Positions 8,221-15,659 of a stretch of 16,007 bases of DNA are shown piece after piece. Made by a program: the position numbers and the translations under genes. How positions within the stretch are numbered: position 1 is the stretch's first letter; each line of letters opens with the position of its first letter. The stretch comes from a virus (lineage: Duplodnaviria; Heunggongvirae; Uroviricota; Caudoviricetes). The notes beneath the pieces were generated by a model. It was not told the DNA's origin and made no database searches. It saw only the letters and a list, made by a program, of their open reading frames with translations. The stretch is from IMG/VR virus record IMGVR_UViG_2713896896_000011, positions 1 through 16,007 of that record; one strand, written 5' to 3'.

Positions 8221-10595
8221 CAGGCATACCCCCGGCGCTGTTGTTGCGCCATTACGTCGTTAATCATTCTTTCCAGTTCGCGTTTACTTATCGTCAACAC
8301 GTTCTGAATGTCTTTAGTGGTGTTTTGTCCGTTACTCTGCACGGTAATTTGTGGCGAAAAATTCACCTGAACTTTTCCAGAGGAACGGGAGGGGAGCGTC
8401 GCCGGTTTGGTTACAGATTTACCAGGTAAAGAGGCCGATGCGGGTTTGGCGGCTGTATTTTTTGCCGCTGGTGTCGATGGCGACGTTGTCGTTTTACTGG
8501 ATGGCGCGAGTTGTTTGCCCACAGGAGGCGTTAAAATCGCTCCGGCAACGCCTGGAACAACGGTCGTGGGGGAGATTGATGCGGTATTCGTCGTGCTTGT
8601 AACAGCCGTAGCCGATCCTTCTGTGCTAATACCCATCGTGGTTTTTAGCCAGTCCGGTAAGGCGTTTTTGACCTGATCAATAATGCCTTTCAGAGCGGGG
8701 AAAGCATTCATTATGCCGTCAACCAGACTGCCCAGAAGATTGCTGCCGAACTCGCTAAAACTTGCAGGCATCTCGACACCAAACCAATTCATCACACTGG
8801 AAAAGGCGCTGTAGAACAACTCCAGCGGCGACCAGTCGAGAATTAACCGGCAAATCCCTGCAATGCCGCCGTCAAAGGCCGTGGTGATACGTTGCCAGAT
8901 GGCGGAAAAGAATCTGGAGATAGGTTCCCAGTGGCGATAGATCAGATAAGCAGCGCCCGCAATCGCGGTGATGACCAGACCAATGGGATTCATCAATAAA
9001 ACTCTACCCAACCAGAAGACGGTCTGACCTGCCAGTTTCAATGCGCCAATCAGGCCACGGCCAAGCAGTTGCGTTAGCCATTTTGCGCCGTTATATAATG
9101 ACTTAACCGCTGATAGCATCTTACTTGCCGCGCCTGTGAGCGTCAGACTTGCCCTGACTTTCAGGAAGATATCGACCAGACGAATAAACGGCGAGGCGAT
9201 GACGTTCGCGCCCAGCTTTAAAACATTCAGTGCGCCGTTAAACAGCCAAATCGCTCCGACGATTTTCGCAATGTTTTGCACCAGCGCCGGGTGTTCACGT
9301 AGCCAGGCGCTGAACTGGCGAATCACCGGAGTAAGGCTTTGCGCCAACTCGCCAATCAGCGGCATTAATTGCAAGCCAATGCTGAGCCATAAATCATTTA
9401 ACGCCAGTTGTAACGTTTTAGTTTGTTCAATGGGTGAGGCCATCTGCACAGAAAAATCGTTGTCAATCAGATTCTTACCGCTGTCTTGCATGGCGGAGGC
9501 TTTTAACTGGCGATACTCTTCCATATTCGCCAGCACAGGTGCCAGGAATTCCACTGTTTGCGCATCGCCGAACATTTCGCCCAGATTAAATTGCGTCACC
9601 ATCGATTGCAGTGCGTTGCTGCGAGCAGATAAATCTTCAATTTGCATGGTGCGTTTGAAGGTGTCGAGGATCGCCGGATTCATCTTCTCAAGTTGCGTTT
9701 GCACGATATGAATCATGGCTTCGCTAACACCCATGCCGTTTTGCTGATGTTCAAGCAGAGAGCCTTGCAGATCGACGCCCTGGCTGACGAACCAGTTATC
9801 GGTTTTTTTCGAAAAGATGGTTTGCAGAAAGTGGTCGAAATTCTCCGCCGCCACACTGGCGCTGGCACCATTTTTCATTGCGATCTGCATTGTGGCGGTC
9901 AGTTCAGCCATACCTTCTAAACCCTGTGCGCCAGTTTTAACTGCAAATTTGTCTATCCACTGTGTTTGCCCGGCAACGGTAGGCCCACCGTTTTTGCTAA
10001 TGCCGTACATCATGTTTTGCGCGGCGTGGAAATTTTCTGGCGCAATATTCAGTCGATCATGAGTCGCGAGCGCGGCATTCGCCCATGTTTCAGCACTTTC
10101 GCGCGTGGTGGTGGCCGCTTTGGCGATCTCCGGCATATAACGGTTGAGATCCTGCATCGACGACAAATTACCTTCGATTAGCACCTGGGCTGCGTTCTGT
10201 AAGGTGGTCTGCTGCTGGTTAAAATCCATGCTCCAGTCGCGCAGATTAAGGCTGAGTGTCTCGCGGGTTGTATCATTCATCCCACCTTTGGTCGCCAAAT
10301 TGACCATGTTGTCCTGAAACTCATACGGCAACTTCCAGTCAGGGATTTCAACATTGAATACTTTGCTAAATTGCCCGGCAAATGTTTGGGTTTTCTCCAT
10401 CAGATCAGCGCGGTTTCGGCTATTTTCCTCCAGGCGGAGAGCGGAATCGGCAAGTTGCTGCGTTAGTTTGATTACTGTCGCTTGCTGAGAAGAGAGTGCT
10501 AACAATGTTCTGGCGTTGAGTGAGCCGTAACGGGCTATTGCCTGCGTCAACGTCTCATTACGCGCCTGAAGCTGGGTAATAATATCGTTGGCCAA
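8220..10595 (-). CDS. tail tape measure protein
   Basis: 791 aa with internal hydrophobic segments and a Ser/Thr/Pro-rich C-terminal tract, located between chaperone and baseplate genes. Apparent start is TTG at 10595-10593 with AAGAG upstream; there is no in-frame ATG between the upstream stop (10634-10632) and the TTG. Confidence 0.85.
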   Translation of the reverse strand: MANDIITQLQARNETLTQAIARYGSLNARTLLALSSQQATVIKLTQQLADSALRLEENSRNRADLMEKTQTFAGQFSKVFNVEIPDWKLPYEFQDNMVNLATKGGMNDTTRETLSLNLRDWSMDFNQQQTTLQNAAQVLIEGNLSSMQDLNRYMPEIAKAATTTRESAETWANAALATHDRLNIAPENFHAAQNMMYGISKNGGPTVAGQTQWIDKFAVKTGAQGLEGMAELTATMQIAMKNGASASVAAENFDHFLQTIFSKKTDNWFVSQGVDLQGSLLEHQQNGMGVSEAMIHIVQTQLEKMNPAILDTFKRTMQIEDLSARSNALQSMVTQFNLGEMFGDAQTVEFLAPVLANMEEYRQLKASAMQDSGKNLIDNDFSVQMASPIEQTKTLQLALNDLWLSIGLQLMPLIGELAQSLTPVIRQFSAWLREHPALVQNIAKIVGAIWLFNGALNVLKLGANVIASPFIRLVDIFLKVRASLTLTGAASKMLSAVKSLYNGAKWLTQLLGRGLIGALKLAGQTVFWLGRVLLMNPIGLVITAIAGAAYLIYRHWEPISRFFSAIWQRITTAFDGGIAGICRLILDWSPLELFYSAFSSVMNWFGVEMPASFSEFGSNLLGSLVDGIMNAFPALKGIIDQVKNALPDWLKTTMGISTEGSATAVTSTTNTASISPTTVVPGVAGAILTPPVGKQLAPSSKTTTSPSTPAAKNTAAKPASASLPGKSVTKPATLPSRSSGKVQVNFSPQITVQSNGQNTTKDIQNVLTISKRELERMINDVMAQQQRRGYA

Positions 10596-10684
10596 AATTG
10601 TTTCTCTTATAGATTGGTGATGGCCCGCTGGTTAGTTTTCTGAAAAATGGGCTGGGAAGAAATAAACCTGGCGGGCTTTGAAGA

Positions 10685-10709
10685 ACTCGCAGACATCAGG
10701 TCTGCGAGT
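10685..10709. other. 10-bp perfect stem-loop in the chaperone-tape measure spacer
   Basis: actcgcagac (10685-10694) / gtctgcgagt (10700-10709), 5-nt loop. The loop contains the stop codon (10698-10696) of the +1-frame extension ORF. No adjacent U-tract on either strand. Confidence 0.5.
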
Positions 10710-10846
10710 CATATTCGATTTTTATTTGAGCGCTGGCTTCATCCAGCCAGTGACTAAAGTCATCTATCGTGAGCGCGTCAATCTCACTGGGTGGAAAGCG
10801 AAACCATCTCGCCAGTAGCGCCATTGCCTGCCATAGCAGGGGGGGA
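10696..10846 (-). other. candidate programmed-frameshift extension of the tail assembly chaperone
   Basis: A C7 run on the coding strand (plus 10839-10845) lies inside the chaperone gene. The +1 frame stays open from there to TGA at 10698-10696, 88 nt beyond the 0-frame stop; the -1 frame ends at 10766-10764. Chaperone-tape measure pairs with frameshift products are a conserved feature of tailed phages. Confidence 0.3.
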
Positions 10847-11101
10847 TTCTGTAGCCACGGTAAGCATGGATTGAAATCGTTTCTGCAACGCCTGGTAATC
10901 CAGCAAATCCATTTCAGCTAAATCTTCTGGTACCAGCCCGGTCATCGCTGCCATTAGCGGTTCATCCCATTCTTCCGGCTTTTCGCTGACCCGGCGTGCA
11001 TTACGCATATCTTTGACTTTCAGGCGACGTAATTGTAGCGTGTCGATATTATTTCCTGCTGCCGACGTAAAGGGAAACTGTAAGATATAATGCTCTTTCA
11101 T
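10784..11101 (-). CDS. tail assembly chaperone (Mu gp41 / P2 gpE-like)
   Basis: 105-aa acidic protein directly upstream of the tape measure, with SD AAGGA before the ATG at 11101. Conserved position. Confidence 0.7.
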   Translation of the reverse strand: MKEHYILQFPFTSAAGNNIDTLQLRRLKVKDMRNARRVSEKPEEWDEPLMAAMTGLVPEDLAEMDLLDYQALQKRFQSMLTVATESPPAMAGNGATGEMVSLSTQ

Positions 11102-11127
11102 TTTGTATCCTTATTTATTTTGCGGAG

Positions 11128-11147
11128 TTCGGGGCCGTAGCCCCGAA
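11128..11147. other. stable stem-loop between tube and chaperone genes
   Basis: ttcggggc (11128-11135) / gccccgaa (11140-11147), loop cgta, 4 nt after the tube stop. No U-tract follows on the minus-strand RNA, so it is not a canonical terminator. Confidence 0.5.
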
Positions 11148-11151
11148 TAAC

Positions 11152-11676
11152 TTAGCCACCGATGTTATTGCGATAGGTACTTAATTGATCCACGCCGTTA
11201 ACGCGGAAAATATTCGCCATATAATCCAGTTCAAGCAGCGTTTCACCATCGACTACTTGTTTAATATAAGTGCAGCCAAAGGCGCTGCTGAATTCCGGGT
11301 TTTCATTCTGTTTAAATGTGCCCAGTGGATTTTTTTTAAACATCACGGTTAAATGTGTGACTAACGCTAATTGATTCGCTTTCCCCTGAGAGTTATAACA
11401 ATCAATACTGGAGCGACACTGTAATGCTACAGCCTGCCACGGGTTTGCCGTTTTACGCATTACGTCCTGGTAAAAGGAGTTCCATTTAATTTCCCCCTCC
11501 AGTTTATCGAAACCAGCCGGGAGTTCTATTTTACCCACCATGCCCAGTGCTTTATGTTCCTGCATAATTAAACTGACATCTGGCAATTTAATTTCTGTTG
11601 CACGGCCTAAAAGATTATTACCATCGAGATAAATATTGGCGTTGGTAATACGGTTAATTTGAATTTTTCCAGCCAT
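11152..11676 (-). CDS. tail tube protein (Mu M / P2 FII-like)
   Basis: 174 aa, immediately after the sheath gene (TAATG overlap), in the conserved sheath-tube order of contractile tails. Confidence 0.8.
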   Translation of the reverse strand: MAGKIQINRITNANIYLDGNNLLGRATEIKLPDVSLIMQEHKALGMVGKIELPAGFDKLEGEIKWNSFYQDVMRKTANPWQAVALQCRSSIDCYNSQGKANQLALVTHLTVMFKKNPLGTFKQNENPEFSSAFGCTYIKQVVDGETLLELDYMANIFRVNGVDQLSTYRNNIGG

Positions 11677-13097
11677 TAGCGATTGCTCTCCAGAGAGACT
11701 AAATATTCAGAGGTAATTTCAGTTTCAAACGTCAGACGTTCCAGCGGCGGCGGTGGGGTAAATTTATAGCTGAGCAATAAATGCCCGGCACTGAGTTCAG
11801 CCGGTGAATTTCGCGCCGGATCGTACCAGCACTCAAAGCCAAGCAGTGCGCCGTCGGCAATCAGTTTTCGGCCCCAGGTATTTACCGATTCGGTCAGCGC
11901 GTCAATCAGTGCCTGATTGATCGGCATATCAATATACTGCTGACTGAAATAACGGATTGACTCATTAATTACATCGCCTGTCCGGCGAACGTTTTCAAAG
12001 TTACGCATATGAGTCACGGTTGGCCATGCCGCTGTGCGGTTGCCCCACAGGCGCAGACCAGAACCATAACTATTGAAAATAGTGGTAATACCGTTTTCGT
12101 TGAGCTGATTCACTTCGCTTTGTGGATCATCAATCATTGCGGAAAGCGAACGTTCGATACCGGTAATACCCTGAATTTCCTGGTTTGAGTTGCTCCACCA
12201 GAAACCTTTTTCGAGGTCTACTTTGGCACGTAGCCCGGCAGCGCGCGAAGAGAGAGGTTCAAGAATTTCCTGGTTAGTGATGCCATCGTAAACTTTGACG
12301 TGTGGGTAGCATAAACGTGCACGATCAGAGCTGGTATTGAAGTTGATTGCGCCTTGCGAACCGCGTCCAGCCAATACCTGCTGGAATGTAGTCCCAATTG
12401 GGGCATCAATGTAGGTAATCGCACCGAGTTTTTCCGCTTGTGCAATCAGCTCGGTAGTCACTGATTTTTGCGTACAAAAAACGGGTGCCAGCAGAATTTT
12501 GGCGTAGAAACCATACAAGTTATAAGTGTCCTGAAGGAGCCTCATCCCCGTGCGATCGCCTGCGGTATTAACGGCCCCGATAATATCGGCTGCGGTGACC
12601 TTTGTAGGGTCAACATAGGTATAAGTCGCGTAAACCTTTGCTCCTGCCGCAATTTCAGTTCCTGTACGGGTAATAACGCCGTCAGCGGCATTAACGCTGT
12701 ATGATGTATTTTTGTATGTAGTGGAACTGATACTTGCTCTTAGCGTTACCGAACTTACCCCCGGATGAGTTAATTTAGCTTTATCGTCACTATTGAACGT
12801 AATGGTTTCATTGGTAATGTGTAGTCCATGTTTTACTGGATCCAGCACATTAATTACCACCACTGTACCGGCACCGTGATCATAAATCGCCTTCAGCGCC
12901 TGCGGGATCGTAAAGTTAGCCTGAGTCGATCCAAACTGTGCCGCGTCACTTTCAGAAAGGCACAGCGTCGGTTGGTTTACCGGGCCACAGGGAGCGGTAC
13001 CGATTAAAGCGATTACAGCAGATTTTACTGCTTTTACCGGACGCGGGCCGGTTTCAATTTCAATGGTTTCTACACCGTGCAGATAATTAGCTGCCAT
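11676..13097 (-). CDS. contractile tail sheath protein (Mu L / P2 FI-like)
   Basis: About 473 aa. The ORF track starts at TTG 13103; the more likely start is ATG 13097-13095 (MAANYLHG...) preceded by GAGGAA. Size and position are typical of sheath proteins. Confidence 0.85.
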   Translation of the reverse strand: MAANYLHGVETIEIETGPRPVKAVKSAVIALIGTAPCGPVNQPTLCLSESDAAQFGSTQANFTIPQALKAIYDHGAGTVVVINVLDPVKHGLHITNETITFNSDDKAKLTHPGVSSVTLRASISSTTYKNTSYSVNAADGVITRTGTEIAAGAKVYATYTYVDPTKVTAADIIGAVNTAGDRTGMRLLQDTYNLYGFYAKILLAPVFCTQKSVTTELIAQAEKLGAITYIDAPIGTTFQQVLAGRGSQGAINFNTSSDRARLCYPHVKVYDGITNQEILEPLSSRAAGLRAKVDLEKGFWWSNSNQEIQGITGIERSLSAMIDDPQSEVNQLNENGITTIFNSYGSGLRLWGNRTAAWPTVTHMRNFENVRRTGDVINESIRYFSQQYIDMPINQALIDALTESVNTWGRKLIADGALLGFECWYDPARNSPAELSAGHLLLSYKFTPPPPLERLTFETEITSEYLVSLESNR

Positions 13098-13284
13098 GTA
13101 CAATTTCCTCTACGTTATTTTGTTCTTCCTGGGGAATGATGAGAATCAAGTGATTTCGGGCAATCATGGTCATAACCCACTCATTGTCTTCTGGCAGATC
13201 AATTTCACTGTTCGGCCATAATAAGATTTCTTGACCGTCGGCAAGGGTGACGCCGCTTGCCGGACCGTTGTAGATATATTTCAT
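13087..13284 (-). CDS. small conserved protein upstream of the sheath (Mu gp38 / DUF2635-like)
   Basis: 65 aa. Start overlaps the upstream stop as ATGA; overlaps the sheath start. Assignment by position and size only. Confidence 0.5.
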   Translation of the reverse strand: MKYIYNGPASGVTLADGQEILLWPNSEIDLPEDNEWVMTMIARNHLILIIPQEEQNNVEEIVHGS

Positions 13285-13736
13285 TCAGTTTCCTCGTAAT
13301 TAACTTCAGTAAGCAGGGGAAGATCCGTGCTGTCCTGTTCAGCGATAAACAGCGAGCTGGTCGCCATTTCCAGGATGTAGCGGCAGAAACCGTCGCTCTC
13401 ACCCGTATTAATTTCTTTTTCAAGCCAAATAAGATGATCGCAATCAGGAGGCTGAAGGCCTCCCAATGCGCTGCGTATGTGATCAAGTGCGTTTAACGCA
13501 TCACAATTTTTGCCAACAATAACGGTGGCGGTTAAGCGGAGTATTTGCTGTTGTACAATGGCATCACTACTTTCGGGCGTGGTGAAGACAGAACCGCTAT
13601 AATTAATAATCACCGTAATCTGTTGTGTCTGTGGAATATATTTTGGGGCATCCGTAGATGAAATGAATATGTCCATTTCAGGATGCCGATCACGTAATCT
13701 GACCACGACATAATTCATTACAGATAAAACTTTCAT
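13281..13736 (-). CDS. tail terminator / tail completion protein (Mu gp37 / K-like)
   Basis: 151 aa, first gene of the structural module after the terminator hairpin, with SD AAGG upstream of the ATG at 13736. Sits where Mu-like genomes encode gp37 before the sheath. Confidence 0.5.
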   Translation of the reverse strand: MKVLSVMNYVVVRLRDRHPEMDIFISSTDAPKYIPQTQQITVIINYSGSVFTTPESSDAIVQQQILRLTATVIVGKNCDALNALDHIRSALGGLQPPDCDHLIWLEKEINTGESDGFCRYILEMATSSLFIAEQDSTDLPLLTEVNYEETE

Positions 13737-13842
13737 ATGAGGTTTACCTTATTACCGCTCACTTCGTTATCGTTGAAATGTATTCTGAAGCAGTGAGAGT
13801 GAAGAATCTTTTAATGTGATTTAGAGAAAAAATTGAATGGTT

Positions 13843-13877
13843 ATAAAAAATCCCCACACTTACGTAAAGGTGGGGAT
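13843..13877 (-). terminator. rho-independent terminator separating the lysis cassette from the tail structural genes
   Basis: Near-palindromic 28-bp hairpin (13850-13877; arms atccccac / gtggggat) 5 nt after the stop of gene 13882-14196. On the minus-strand RNA it is followed by UUUUUUAU (plus 13843-13850). Confidence 0.65.
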
Positions 13878-13881
13878 GTAT

Positions 13882-14196
13882 TTAATAACTGCCACGTTGT
13901 AATAACTCTATTTTGCTATATAAGGCATCCAGCTTTGCTTCTAATACTGCTTGTCCACGAAGATAATCCTCTCTGCGGACATAATACAGTGGAAGTTCGG
14001 CACGAAATTCGAGAAATTCTCTTTCCAGTTTCGACCAGCTTGTTTCTGATTCCCTGCGGGCATTTTCCAGGGACTCAAAACGCTCATTAAGTCTTTTTTC
14101 AATTTGCGCTAACAGCAATTTTCCGGCAGCAAACATTAATCCAACGAATGAAAGCATAAAGGAGATCACTTCCCAAAAATCGATACTGAGTTTCAT
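13882..14196 (-). CDS. membrane-anchored coiled-coil lysis accessory protein (i-spanin-like or releasin-like)
   Basis: 104 aa. N-terminal hydrophobic segment (WEVISFMLSFVGLMFAAGKLLL) followed by a charged coiled-coil region. SD GAGGGG 4 nt before the ATG. Immediately downstream of the lytic enzyme. Confidence 0.5.
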   Translation of the reverse strand: MKLSIDFWEVISFMLSFVGLMFAAGKLLLAQIEKRLNERFESLENARRESETSWSKLEREFLEFRAELPLYYVRREDYLRGQAVLEAKLDALYSKIELLQRGSY

Positions 14197-14208
14197 CGGC
14201 CCCTCTGA

Positions 14209-14814
14209 TTAGTGAAGACAGCTTGCCTGTCCCCAGAGTAAGTAGCGGGCGGCGTGTTGATAGAGAATCATCTTCGGATAGTGACGATTTTCTCGCCAGT
14301 TTGCGGCGCTGCGCCCGGCGTTGACTTGCTCAACATGACCAAACCAGATGGCGGCATTTAACCCTTTTGTTGTCGCCAGTTTTTTATCCCGGTTAATCCA
14401 ACCCTGACCACCGTTATAGGCGCTTAGAGTAAACGCCATACGTTGACAATCATTTTTTGCAGAGATGTTGTTCCATAAATGCTGGTCGTACTGTACCAAC
14501 GCCCGGATTGCCCAGGTTGGGTTATACGGTTTGTTTTCATGTAGCTGTGGATACAGTTGGCTTATCCATGTCGCTGTGGCAGGCATAAATTGCGCCATAC
14601 CTTGTGCGCCAACGGGGGAACGTACCATTGGCTGCCAGGCGGACTCCTGGTGTAATTGCCCGGCAAAGTCAGCCACCGGAGCGTTCAGTCCCCAGACTTC
14701 TCGGGCGGTACGAATCAATTCATTTCTCCATGCCAGAGAGGCTTGTGGTGGTTCAGACGCGTTAAGCGGGAAAAGAACGAAAATAATCATAGGCGCGATA
14801 TATTTTAGCCACAT
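14209..14814 (-). CDS. lytic transglycosylase-type endolysin (SLT domain) with N-terminal signal or signal-anchor
   Basis: SLT-like motifs (QLHQESAWQP with the catalytic Glu context, GAQGMAQFMPATA, AYNGG). The likely start is ATG 14814-14812 (MWLKYIAPMIIFVLFPLNA...), abutting the holin-like stop in TAGTGATG. The ORF track's longer start at 14913 overlaps the upstream gene and is probably not used. Confidence 0.75.
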   Translation of the reverse strand: MWLKYIAPMIIFVLFPLNASEPPQASLAWRNELIRTAREVWGLNAPVADFAGQLHQESAWQPMVRSPVGAQGMAQFMPATATWISQLYPQLHENKPYNPTWAIRALVQYDQHLWNNISAKNDCQRMAFTLSAYNGGQGWINRDKKLATTKGLNAAIWFGHVEQVNAGRSAANWRENRHYPKMILYQHAARYLLWGQASCLH

Positions 14815-14816
14815 CA

Positions 14817-15104
14817 CTATAGCCCTAACGCGACGGAAAGGCAGACTGCAGCCACGATGATGGCGCGACGAATCATTGCCGCTGCGTAGCAACGCGGTTC
14901 CTTTCTGGGGCAAAAAAAGTCAGGCCGTGCCCAGGGGAACAAACTACGATCGAGCCAGTATCCCAGCACTGCAGAAAGTGAAACCAGGCTTAGTTTATAA
15001 ATGACGACCGGAATTTGTGCTGAAGATGTCCAGCCGATTAATGCGATCAGAGCAATGGCTGCAGCCAGCCAACCGGAAAGACGGGGAAAAGTGATTTTTC
15101 TCAT
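14817..15104 (-). CDS. holin-like small membrane protein, first gene of the leftward operon
   Basis: 95 aa with two or three hydrophobic segments. Strong SD AGGAGA (15116-15111) 6 nt before the ATG at 15104. Directly upstream of the lytic transglycosylase. Confidence 0.55.
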   Translation of the reverse strand: MRKITFPRLSGWLAAAIALIALIGWTSSAQIPVVIYKLSLVSLSAVLGYWLDRSLFPWARPDFFCPRKEPRCYAAAMIRRAIIVAAVCLSVALGL

Positions 15105-15659
15105 ACGATATCTCCTGATAAGTGAGATACCAGTGTCTGCTTATCTCTTTGCTGAAGAATGAAAAAAGCTTTAATAAATAACTTTAAAAAATGTGTTCTC
15201 TTCGAATTAACATGTTCGCCAATTAATCTCCCAACTCAAAATAGAGAACTAAGGATAAAATGGCTGCTAGTTAGATAAATCCTGCGTTATGTGTAATGAA
15301 GGGGATGACATATTGCAATCATGGTCATTACTTATTTGATTTTTAAAGTTTGTTTAAAAAAATCCTCGACTGTGAGGGAAACGAGCTTTTTGAAAAGTAG
15401 GCGATAAAAATGATAAATAGCACTGTATATGTATACAGTATCGTGTAAAATGGCACTCCTGTTGATAAGACATGTAATGAAAATAATATATTTGTTTTGT
15501 GAATTTATAATTCGTTTTAATTTTTATTGCATATACATTGTGATTATTTATTTGCGTGTTGAATGTATTGAAAAGCAGTAATTGCACCAACTTAGCGGAT
15601 ATCCGTGGTGTAACTCACATCAGAGTCCATACAGGGTGCAAGATATATGGAGATGAAAA
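15105..15659. promoter_or_regulatory. AT-rich divergent control region between the lysis/tail operon and the Mor-like gene
   Basis: About 555 bp at roughly 28% GC, flanked by divergently oriented start codons with good Shine-Dalgarno sequences on each side. Contains the LexA-like box and several dyad symmetries. Confidence 0.6.
15421..15440. promoter_or_regulatory. LexA (SOS) box
   Basis: CACTGTATATGTATACAGTA matches the E. coli LexA consensus TACTGTATATATATACAGTA at 18 of 20 positions, with intact CTGT-N8-ACAG (15423-15438). A TTGAAA -35-like hexamer at 15390-15395 and AT-rich -10-like sequence TGATAAAT (15411-15418) lie just upstream on the plus strand. Confidence 0.7.

Noticed and set aside
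8241-10181. Plus-strand ORFs inside the tape measure gene (8241-8429, 8351-8602, 8407-8676, 9136-9711 at 191 aa, 9642-9920, 9817-10062, 9966-10181).
   Set aside because: They are antisense to a long, well-supported minus-strand gene, Cys/Ser/Arg-rich with no ribosome-binding sites; typical shadow ORFs of GC-rich coding DNA.
438-13736. Type VI secretion system or other non-phage contractile injection apparatus.
   Set aside because: The presence of a tape measure gene, a frameshift-type chaperone, P2/Mu-like tail fibre with a dedicated assembly chaperone, and an adjacent lysis cassette points to a phage-tail-derived particle rather than T6SS; no T6SS membrane-complex genes were seen.
14209-14913. 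Long form of the lytic transglycosylase starting at 14913 (MPQKGTALLR...).
   Set aside because: The extension overlaps the holin-like gene by about 100 nt in another frame. An internal ATG at 14814 begins a typical hydrophobic signal sequence and directly abuts the upstream stop, so the short form was annotated.
15354-15599. Small ORFs in the AT-rich control region (minus 15354-15590 at 78 aa; plus ORF beginning at ATG 15450 of about 49 aa).
   Set aside because: About 25-30% GC, no Shine-Dalgarno, low-complexity Ile/Tyr/Phe-rich translations; more likely regulatory DNA than coding. A small peptide cannot be fully excluded.
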